Positions 25,601 to 37,600 of a DNA stretch of 64,000 nucleotides are shown here, piece by piece (position 1 is the first letter of the stretch; each line of letters begins with the position of its first letter). The notes under the pieces were generated by a model. That model was not told the DNA's origin. It searched no databases and saw only the letters and a program-made list of their open reading frames with translations. Location of the stretch: the NCBI GenBank assembly GCA_020137815.1, contig CM035360.1, forward strand, positions 6,448,001 through 6,512,000. Direction: 5' to 3'. The DNA is from Hormiphora californensis. Lineage: Eukaryota > Animalia > Ctenophora. The position numbers and the translations under genes were made by a program.

Positions 25601-28600
25601 TGCATCTACTATCTGTTTTGTTCTGGTAAATCCAGACTCCATTAATCATCTTCCCACCAGGGTTCTATTGTTGAGGAGTTGGGTGATTCTCCTCAGAGGA
25701 GGCTCAGTAAGACCCCTGAAGTTGAACTCAAGGACATGTCCATCAGGGATGCAATCGTGGCCGCTCATGAGTCTATCCGATCTCAAGTTCAGGAGAATCC
25801 CCAACTTGCAGCTATCGTTCAGGTAGGTTATTTTGAAATCAAATCAATCTAGATCCTAGGCCCTAGAGAGTAAGCTCAATGATGCTTTTTAACACCAAAT
25901 CATGAACATGTGTTGTCTGACCTCATATGCAAATGTAGAATGTTGAATGAAATTATGGGTGTTTAAATTCTGACTTTCTTCAGAATATTAGCAGTGCTGA
26001 ATCAAGACTCAACGACAGCTGGGATCCACAAAGCTTCCATGAGTGGGCCCGATCCGGTGGTGATGTAAGTTTCCTTTCGACTAAACCATCTCTATTCCCT
26101 TTCTCTATCTCCTTGATCGACTTCCATTTCCCAATTTAACCCCTCCCTATTTTCAGTTGGACCCCAATGTGAGCTGGGACCCTACCATCGAGCACATGAA
26201 ACTGAGAGGTATCCTGGATGAGAGCAAACAACTTCTGGACATGTCCATCGTGAGTGTGGGGGTCATAAATTGGGGGTTTGGGAGTTTGTGGGGTCATGAG
26301 TTGGGGGTTTTCGGAGTATTTGGCTCTTTTCTGGGAGGTTATGTTCCATTCGTTGGAGGTTGATTTCGGTCAATTGCTAATTTCTCTAGTTCCTTACAAC
26401 AACTTCGTTACAGGAGAGTGTAGTTGAGGTGAACGGATTGGATCAGGAGCTAGACGAGCAGCCAGACCCCGTTTATCTCAGTCACGCACTCAACACCGCT
26501 GCAGAGGTGAGAGCTTAGTAAACAAACTCACGACCCCCCCCCCCCCCCCCCAATACTGTCTAGATGCAATTCTATACTGTTAATTGGTGTATTAACCCGT
26601 CCCTTCTCTCTCTCAGCAACTCCAAGGTGAACTCAACCAGTCTGGTGCTCAAGTTCCCAACACCTCGGTAAGATACACCAAGTTTTCTGAGTTTCTCGCT
26701 CTGTTAGTTTGTTTGACTGTTTTGTAACTGTGTTTGTCATCACCAGATCAATGTATTTTGTCATCACATTACACACTCTCTATGTGCATTTTATATCATC
26801 ATTTAGCGATATTGTAGAGCGAATGTCCTAACATACAATACTCAGGGTGATGATCTAGACTCGACCCAGGAGAGTATTTCATATCTCGACGAGAGTACTC
26901 AATCACTCATGGAGAGTCTCAGGACTAGGGGACTTCAAAACATCAGTGTAAGTTTCCATAGCGCTTGCCTTGTATTGGAAGCCCGCACGCGTGGAGTGAG
27001 AGAGAGTACCATTCCGGGACCATTCCTAATCGTATCGTATCGATCTGTCGTCAAACGAGACCTCAGCTTCAGACCTGAATGTAAAACTACTGCCTAGATA
27101 GCCAGATTATAACTCTCTCTCTCTATCAGGCCAGGCAAGGTATTTTGTTGGATGAGAGTTTGTTGGATCCTACCATACCCTCTCAACTCACCGTGAGTCT
27201 TTGTTTTAAAAGTGTTTCATTCTCTAATTTCTCATTACTGGAACATCTGGTTCATATCTGGTTCATATTTGCTATCTTCCCAGTTCCTTTCACTCTAAAA
27301 CTCAAAACAGTACACATATTCAACAGCCTACACTATAATTCACTATCATTTAATCACTCACTCTTTGATAAATCACTAAAAAAGGCAGAAATATTCGAGA
27401 ACACTCGAAAACTTTGCACTACAAACCCATCCACTCACTCACACGACTTTATAAAAAGATGAAAAAGCTCGAGTACACTCAGCATACCCGGCCCCGGATG
27501 ATATAAACTGTCACTATCACACTCATTTAAACTATAGCTTTCTAAATCACTCACTCCTGAAAAGGATAAATACAAGTTGAGTACACTCAACATCTTTTCA
27601 TTACATCACACAATCATCTTTTCATTACATTACACAATCATTCAATCACTCAAAAAGGATGCTCAAGTCGAGAATTCTCGACATCTCTCTAACTATCCGA
27701 TAGTTGCCCAAACAGTTCCTATTTTCACATTTCACAGGTCACATTTCACTCTCTCACACACTCATTCTCTCACACTCACTCACACTCATTTACTCACTCA
27801 CACAGAATCCTAATGAGGATCCTCCTCAACAACACTGCATACCAAGAGTATCATCAGAGGCTGCTTCAATCAGATGTCGCACCCTTCTTCCTCGACCTAC
27901 GTGAATGAGTTGTTAGACAACACAGCTCATGTTAGGCAGGCAGGCAGAATGTGCAATTCCAGCTATGCAAGTGGTCCCAAGTTTTTATCTCCACCTCTAA
28001 ATGATTCTTTTAACCCAACCCTCAATTCCACCCGGTTGGCCGATTGCACTGTGGCACAGAACAACGACACGACTGCATGTTCAAGTGGTGGCCTGAATAA
28101 TACTTCCAGTCTGTTTGATGGCTCCTTCAACAGCACGAAAGGAATCCGAATGAACGTGAGCCCGAAAAAGTCTGGACAAGCAGCTTGTAAAATCCAACCC
28201 GGATCACCTGCCAAGAAACTTCAGGGTCCAGCAGCTGTCGTCCAGGCTAATCAGTCCTCAACTGCTCGACGTGGAAGCACCCTTGACCAAACTCTCGATT
28301 CACTGGTCAGTACTACTCCAGAGAAAGTTGCTGCTGCTAACGTGTGTAAGGCCTCTGAGAATGCGCAGTGTTCTCTCCTAGAGGATGCAGCAAAAGAGAG
28401 TGCAGCGGATACATCTACTGTTGAAAAACTGAATTCGACTGGCTGGGGAAACTCAATTCTCCTTGAGGTCATCAACCTTGACTGTTCTGTCGGTGAACTC
28501 TCCAAGTCAGTTGACGAAGCAGAGAAGAGCCAAGCGGAATCTCTGCTCAGTTTGAGTATCATGAGACGACAGCAAGAGCTGATACACGGAGAGGGTGAGG

Positions 28601-31600
28601 ATGGCATTACTATTCGACAAGTAAACGGTGCTAGGGGAATCCTGATTGAAGTTAACTCCAACCCAACCTTCATCAACAACGCATCTCCTGGGGATCACTT
28701 GTTGGAGAAGTTAGCTGACCTTGTAGAGAAAAGGCACAAAGAGTTTGAGCACCACATTACCGAACAGTTGGAGAGTAGGCTGGACAAGCTCGCTAGTATG
28801 CTGGCTGGATCTGGAAAGGTTAACCGTGATGTCTCTACCCAAGCAGCTAGCTCCTCGACAAAACTACCCAAACCCCGTATCTCTCTAGCCAACCTAGCAA
28901 GAACACTGACTGCTACTAAACTGGCTGATAAACCGGATGCAACCCCTGCTGCCAAGAATTGGGGAAAGATCACCAGGGCAGAAGCCTTCAGTCGCCACCT
29001 TCAACCCGTGTACGACAATAGGAAAATCAACTTGACCCGATACAGGCCTCGAGTTCTCAATCCTGGTGATTTCACTATCGAGAAACCCCAATCAAAAACT
29101 ATCGTGAAGAACAACACAAAGCTGGTTAGAAAAACAGCCTTCAGACGCAACGATCGACCTGTTTATGACGGAAGAAAAATTCGCCTCAACCGAGAAAAAG
29201 TACGAAAGCTCGATCAAAATTACTACTACTAGAGACAATGAACTTTTGATTTTATCTCCAGCTTGATGCTGATTTATCCGATTGATCATGATTTATTTTA
29301 CACACTTTTGATCACCCTTGAGATACTTTTTTTCTGTTTCATCCTCCATTTTAGTAACCCTCATACTCCACATCCACTTCACTCTCTATTTGTCATAGCT
29401 TTAGTTTATGGAACCATTGGTTGACTTGAAAGAATTAGACAACACCCCTGTACGGCAACTGAAAAGTGTGAGAACTCCAAAACCAAACTCCAGACGCCGA
29501 CAATCTAGAGAATCACTGAGCTCAAGTGACAGCGATACAGATAGGCGAGCACATCTGAAAACACCTGTTAGGGAATTTCACGAGAAGATGGATAAGTTTT
29601 TCGAGAAGTCTCAAAATTCATCTGGGCTCGAGGAAGAGCAACATTACTTCAAGAGACATCCGCAATTTCATTCCACGAGGAAAGGTCGGGCTAGGCCCAA
29701 TCTGGATGATTCTCCTCAACAACTTATTCTCTCACCCCAAAACTCCGACTCTTCTCTTCCCATTGATTCTCTGCTGGACATTCCTACATTTGGGGACATT
29801 CTGGATCAGATGCTACCTACCAAACCAGAGAAGCCCAAGCACCACATGCCAACTAAAAAGGTGTCCAAAAAGGTTCGAATTCAGCTACCAGGTGCTGAGA
29901 TCCCAGTGGATATCAAAGTCAACCATGGTCCCGAGGAAAGGAGTCCAGCTTTCCAAGACGAGGAGTTGCTTCACAAGCTGGACAATCTTATCCTGAACAA
30001 GCAGAAGAATTTCGAAAAATACATTTTGAGTATCTATGACAAAAAGTTGGATCAACTGATCAACAACGTCAATAGTAGAGATTCGTGATTTTATTGTGGC
30101 TGAGCCATATTTGACTGTCCTTGACAAATTGATTATTATTTCACCATCTTTCAAAATACATTTCATAGTTTCGCTCCCCAAACAACACCCCCATCCCCCG
30201 CACTTCCTCTCATGCTCGCTACCTTTTAGACCATGGACATTGATCCTGACCATGACCTGCTCCAAGTATCTCTTAGCAATCAATCGGTCGAGGAAGAACG
30301 CTTCGAGATGCAACATGGACCTCCAGAGAAACGTCGACTGTCAGAGCCTGTTGTGAATCGAACAATCTCAGACGCAGTAACTGATCAGAAACAGCTTTCA
30401 GATACCGATATTAATCCTAATAACGATGAGCTAAATTTAAACCGTCTGTCTAACTCACAGTCTCGGTCAACCTGGAAACGGCTCGCAGATCAAGGGAAAC
30501 TAAGCTCTGAGGAGTCGTCAGAATCGATAGCTAAAACTGTATCCGAGTATCTTTCCAACCTGGAATCAAAACTTCGAACAGCTATTTCAATCTCTGGCAA
30601 GTCAGATAAAAGTATGGCCTCTGATCCCGATAGTGACTGGGTTTCAGATTCGAACGAGTCCTTGCATTTGCCGTCCCATCCTGCCAATATCTCAAGTGGT
30701 ACCAGGCCCACTAAAAGTGAACAATCTATTCCAAACATTTTCAGTTGCTCAAAGGTTGCCACTGCTTCTTCAGATCTATCATCGTCAAATATCAGGGCAC
30801 CAAACAACTCTTTAAGCTCCGTCAATGCTAGCTCCAGTCTTCTTCTCAACTCTGCTTTTGTCCCACCGCGTATATCCAGTCGGGATCTTCAGGATAAGTT
30901 TTCCCTTCACGCATCGTCTGCAGCAGCTGAACAATCCGAAACAGACAGTAGTGAAGAGCTAGTCCTTGGAATTACACCCCAGCCTTACTCAAAAGAACAG
31001 AACAAATCCAATATTTCGAGACTCTCCTTCAGCCAGTTTATGTCCATTCCAGAACCGGATCTTTCACAAGTTTCCAAGCACTCCATTCGGCTTGAGCCTT
31101 TGCAGGTAACATCAGTTCAGTCAGTCTCTTCAGTCCAGAAGGAAAAACCTTTCAAATCGAGCATAAAAAATCACTTAGCATCGCATCAACGAGTTGTAAA
31201 ATGGATCGATTCTGAAGCAACAAGCTCTTCTTCGTCAGACCTTGATGTGTATGACCCAGTTGCCTTTTCACGTTGGAAAACTGCCCGGCAGGCCAAGCTG
31301 GATAAACTATTTTCTCGATTTGATAGATTGCATTCCATCATTGAATCATTGACATTTAGTGATAAAGTAAATTTCTCTGATCGTTATCATTGATTAATTC
31401 GCCAACGTTCAAAAAAATTTCCCCCTTTCACTGTAAACTTTATAGATAAAGTAGGAATTTTTGAAGTTGTCACCCCCCTGGGTGGCGCGCGACATATTCT
31501 ATTTGCACGCCGGAAACTTGTTTTGGCTCTCAGGCCTTTGTTTCTTGTCCAATTTCGTCAAACAAAAACTTTGTGGACTCACAAAATTATGCTCTTTCCG

Positions 31601-34600
31601 ATGATATGCGGTTTTTTACCGAAAAATGAGACTGAGAAGAAGTGGGGGCTGTCACGAGCAAATACGACGCCGCGCGTGAAAAGGGGGTGACAACTTCAAA
31701 AAATCCGACTTTACTCTTTAACTTTCCTAGCCACTCACCCCACCTCTTCACTCTATAGGATTCTATTTACTAATCATGGCTACCCGCCCCGACCAACTGC
31801 TTTACGACATTGAGGATGAAGTTGACAAGGTTCTCAAGCTCCTGGGAATTGAGCACGACTGGTCTGAGGAGGCCCAGGAAGACAAAATCCTGGATGCTAT
31901 CATAGAGCAGGTCGACCAAGAGGACCTCGAGGATGCCGCCATTCCTGAGATCACCCCTGAGCTTCAGGCTGTTATGGAACGTCTCACAGTCCAGGACCGA
32001 GCGTACACCTGGTACTCAAATGCCACCTTCGAGAAGGTCTACCCCAAGTTGCAGGAGATGGAGAGCACTCTTCCTATCTGGCAGATCCACAGTTTCCCCA
32101 ACGCCAAACTTGTCGAGTTCGGTGACCAGGCTAAGAATGATGACTTGATCCTGCCCAGGGAACAGCTGAGGTATTTGATTGAGCTGACAGAGCAGGAGAA
32201 ACCCTTCTCCTTCATCAAAAAGGACCAGAGAGAACAGAGGCTGAAGGAACTCCGGTCTGTTGTGGACATTGAGGATGTTGTGGAGTTCGGAAACGATGAT
32301 CTTCTCGTTATTTGGGCCCTCCAGGAGAAGAGCAGTGCACCTGGGTTTGGAAACAACTTTGGAGAAAGCTGTGGAAAGAACATCCAGATTATCACCCAGC
32401 CAATCTACATGGGTGATAATGAAGATGAAGATCCCACTGGTCTGATGGCTAGTCTCAGAAAGATTGCCCGTCTGAAACAGGATGAGATCGAGATGTACTA
32501 CAAGAAGGTCGGCAAGGCTAATGACGAGGTTTTCAAGATCAGTAAAATCATCACCACCACCGCTAGCATGAAGGAACGAGAGGAGGGACTGGTAGCGAAG
32601 CTGAAGGCCCGTATTGCCACTGGTATTGAAAACCTGACGAACTTGGAAAAAATGGTCGATATGGGCAAGAGGTCCGGTCACAACGAATATGTCAAGTTTG
32701 CTGATCAGCTTGGAACTCTGATGAAACGAGTCGCCAAGAGGACCAACGACCACAGGGCCCTCATCTCGGACCAGACCGCCAAGCTGCGCCACGCTGTGGA
32801 GAAGAAGGCCAAGATGCAGACTAACATTGGTGCAATTAGCAAAAAGGTGAAGAACTTGGAGGAGGAAGAACGAAGAGATACTGCTGCTCTTGATGCTCTG
32901 AAACGACAGAACCAGGACCTCCGACAAAAGTATGAGGAGCTGTCGGGACGATCTGCTGATGTGCTCTACAAGACTCACCGAAAGAAGGAGGCTGCACCCA
33001 ACCCAATGGCTGAGGTGAACCTACCATACGAAGATGTGTCTGCCCGGGATGCTCATTACTACCAGAATAAGCTGAAGAAGTACCGACGTCACTCCCAGGT
33101 GCACAGGGGAAGTATCGCCAGCATGATGAAGTAAATATATTTGAATCCGAGAGACTTATTTTAGCAAAAACAAAACCATGTACAGAGTGTGTTTAATAAT
33201 TCAAGTCATTTCACCCCTTTTATTCATTGAATGTCAAAGTTGTGTCCAACATTTTATTTGTTTGTTTTTGTGTCAATCCATTATCCCATTCAAGTTCCAC
33301 CCATTCACTCACAACACACACTCACATATGTAGGTTTATGACTATAGACTGTTACAATGGCATCTGACAAGACCCAAGTTTTCTATGCTGAGGCTCCTTC
33401 TGGAAACAAAGAGCAGGTTCTTGAGTTTGACACCTGTTGTGGAGGAAAGATCAAGGTGGTGAACTGCCCCAGTTATGCTACTCAGAACCCCCAGGAGAAG
33501 AAACAGGCTCTCTTGGAAGCACTAGACGCCAAGCAAACTGAGATCGAGGCTCTTCACAAGAAGCACAAGGACATCCAGACTACTCGTGCTGACCTCAGCG
33601 AGCGTGCTGCTCTTGACACCAGCCAGTTCGAGATCAAACGGAACAGGGCCTTGTTCATGGCCATGCAACGAGACTTCATTGATACGAAGCTGGCGTACTG
33701 TGCAGAAGAAGCTCAACGGAGAGTTCACGGAGTCCAAGGACAACACCCGGGTTAAATCCTACTTCGAGGATCCTTGCAGGTCGGATCACCACCCAAGAGA
33801 AGGAGCTGAAGAAGGTCTCCAAGGACAAACAGGCTCTGGAAGAGGAAATGGTGGCTTTCGAGGCAAAGCTGGACGAAGTTATCGGGGAATACACCCGGGC
33901 TGTCTACAAGAGCAAACACTCCAAGCTGGTACTGGACCGTATGCAGGCCAGAAACAAGCTCCTCGCTGCCGAATGCAAGAAACTAGCCAAGGGTTCCGCT
34001 GGTATCCACAAGAGCCACTTCCGTCACTAAAGATCCATTGTACAGACTTTGATTTTAAATGAGAGAGTAGAGTGAGCCATTATAACTATTTACCGTCTTT
34101 TTATATTGACATCCATTTGAGATTGTGTTTTATTTTCACCCCACGGCCACCCATCCAATGCTGACCACTTCTATTCACCCCATCCCACTCACTGCTGACC
34201 TACTTTTGTTCATCCCTTCCCCACTCACTGCTGTTCACTTAGGATTCATCCCTTCCCAACTCACTACTGACAACTTTTTGTTCATCCCTGACCACTTGAG
34301 TCCATCTCCTTCCCACTCACTTCTAACGACTTTGCAGTACCTTATCTCACCCACTCACCTCATTTTATAGGTTTTATGTACCACCATTTATTGACTGTAT
34401 CACAACTTGTACCACGATGGCTGGCGATGATGAATTTTACAAAAGACATATTCAAGACATATTAACTTCGGCGGAGGATCGTCCTGACGATACTTGAAAG
34501 GAGGTTAACTGTGGCAGAGGATCGTACCCACAGCGGCTGACGATATTCAAAGTAGGTCAACTGTGAAGAAGGATCGTCCAACAGCGGCTGGAGACTGATG

Positions 34601-37600
34601 ACTTTTACAGAAGACATAGTTGGAAACATGATAACTGTGAATCGTCCCACAGTGGCTGAAGAGTTTCAAAGGAGGCGAACTGTAGAGGAGGATGGTCCCA
34701 CAGTGGCTGAGGATATTGAAAGGAGTGTAAGTGAGGAGGAGGATCTTAAATCAGTTTGGGACGAAATAGAAGATTACCTGAGAACTCCCAAGACGGAGAA
34801 TAATCGTCTCATAAAGCCAAAGCCAATAATAAAGCCAAAGCCAATAATAAAGGAAGAGGATCGTCCCACAGTGGCTGACGATATTGAAAGGAGGTTAACT
34901 GTGGAGGAGGATCGTCCCACAGTGGCTGACGATATTGAAAGGAGGTTAACTGTGGAGGAGGATCGTCCCACAGTGGCTGACGATATTGAAAGGATATTAA
35001 TTGAGGAAGAGGATCGTCCCACATTGGCTGACGATTTTCAAAGGAGGTTAACTTTGGAGGAGGATCTTCCCACAGTGGCTGACGATGTAGAAACTCGCCT
35101 GAGAACTGAGGAGGATTGTCCCGCAACGGCTGACGATATCGAATTGAGGCTAGGTGAGGAGGAAGAGGAGGATCGTCCCACATTGGCTGACGATATTGAA
35201 GCGAGTGAGGAGGTTATTACTAAATCTATTTGGGACGATATTGAAGATTACCTGAGAGCTCCCAATCCCATTCCTGAGGCTGCCGACATTCGAACACGAA
35301 GATGGGATAGTGAGGTTGAGGAACTCGAAAGGAAAATGGCTGAGAGCGAGTCAGATGAGTCTGAGTTTGATTATGGCGAATATGATCCATTCGACTATTG
35401 CGGCGTCCCAAAAATGGCATTCCAGTTCCCCAATGCAGCTCACCCCGTGTACGAACATGGAGAGGAGGTTAAAGAATTTAAAGTGGGGGACAGATTCCAT
35501 GAGGATATTTTCCCAGCAGCCACCCCTTGGGCCGGAGAAGGAGCCCTTAAAAGGTACGGCGAATATTGGGAAAATGCTTCTGATTTTCCTCTGATGTACG
35601 CAAACCATCGTGATGAAGAGGTGGAAGATAAACGGCACCCCCTCCGTATTCTTTTCGGACACGAGGAGCCAAGAGAAAGGTTCTACCCGGATCCTCGTCC
35701 TATCGGTCCCCAGCGTAAAGATGTAATGAAGTACAAGGTCGATGGTGTATTGAACGAGGACATGGAAGATGTTATGCATGAAATGATCTCCAACCACTAC
35801 AGATATGGTGTAGAGCTTAAACATGACCGTGTTAAAGAACCTTTGAAACATGACGAGGGTAAATATGAAATTGTTAGGAAACCTCTCAGACCTGGATTTC
35901 AAGAACACATCAAAAATAATCAAGGGGAGTATTTCCAGAACTTCTACAAGAAGCACCCTCTGTATGAGTACCCTGAGGTACCAGAGGACTTCTATGTTGA
36001 AGAGGTTCGCCGAACTGAGTCTGAGGAGAACGCACGGGCTGCTCAACAGGCCTTTGAATCTACCAGATCTATGCAGAAGCCTTCTCGATTACCAGGCACT
36101 TTTGCCCTCAATGATGCCTCTGGTTATCAGTCTCTGGCTGGATCTGGACAATTCATTGGCACAGGAAAGAATAAAGCAAGGGGTGATACGCGTCTTTCCC
36201 CTGATTTTGATGGACCCAGGTCCGAGTTTTCAGAGAGTAATGGAGGGAAGATAAAGATCGTGACTGATCGAGAGTTCTCCTATGGTGGCCTTGGAGACTG
36301 TCTTATCACTGGCACGCTCTTCGCAGAAACTGCTGATATTTCCACTGCCTTCAAATCAATTGTTGGTGTAATTGACCGGAAAACAAGATCAAGTGGACAC
36401 CAGCTATGAAGAGCTACATGTTCTCGAGTTGGAGGTTGGTTCTCTCAGGCAGCAACTTACCGAATTTGTTCAGGAAAGTGACTTCGATCAGGGTGCCTTT
36501 ACTGCTGAGGAGAAGGAGCTTCAGGCCAAATTGGAGAAGGCCAAGAAATCCCTGAACGAACTGAATGATGGTATGGAAATTGGTTATGTCACTGGGTTCA
36601 AGGAGGATTATGGAACTCCAGAGAAACTGATTGCTGAATTGGAGGCCCTTATGGAGGAGCAAGAAAAGGATTTACCGGGACTGGAGGAGGAATTTAAGAA
36701 ACTGAGTGACGCCAAGGACATAGTTGAGACACAAACCAACCAACTGAGCAACCAGGTTGAAAACAAGATGAAGATAAACAAACAAGCCGATCCGTCAGTT
36801 TAACACCCTCAGGTGCAAGAAGGACGCTCTTGCTGACAAATGTGAAGAGATCCGGGGTAGCGCAACTGCTGCGTTTGAGGCGTATAAAGATCTTTATTAC
36901 ACCCTTGATGAACTCATGCAGGACAACTCGGTCCTAGTTAATATCAACAAGAAGCTCGCTAAAAAGATCACATTTTTGGAAGATGCCAAAGTTCACTCCT
37001 ACATCAAGAAGTAATAATCGACCCTGACTGCACAAGGGAGGAGTACAATCAGATCTTTAAAAAGAAGTATGACACTATAATTGAGAATGGAAGAGCGAAA
37101 GCGGCAGAACTTCCAAGAAATGGCTGACGCAGCCAAAGAAAGTCCAATGGTTAAGGGGGAACGTCCAGCTCCTGAGGAAGGATCCAAAACGAAGAGTAAT
37201 CTTATTAGCCGTTTCACTGCCCTTCGTAAGGCAAACGCCAAGAAGGCCAAGTCTGCACTCGAAACCAAAACCACCTTGGCCAAGAAGACCTATTCCAAGT
37301 CTGGTAATTGGAAGTAAAGAGATGTTATCAAACCAAAATTTGTGTTAATTCGTGTATGTTTACTATTTTAACCATTTCATATTGACCATTTAACAGTTCA
37401 ATGTGTTTCATTCATCCCCACTATCACCCCATACACCCCATACAACCCCCTACCTTGACCCGGCCACCTATCATTAATCACACCAATCTCATCCTCTGTA
37501 GGTTTATGTTTTTATTACACTGAATTCGTGATTTTTACTACCAAACGCGTCACTACAACCAAATATGTCAACAAGCCAGGAGGAAGTTTTTGAGGAGGTT

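Noticed and set aside
32016-32978. Long antisense ORFs (320 aa; also 41141-42112)
   Set aside because: Mirror-frame openness from codon bias of the sense coiled-coil gene.
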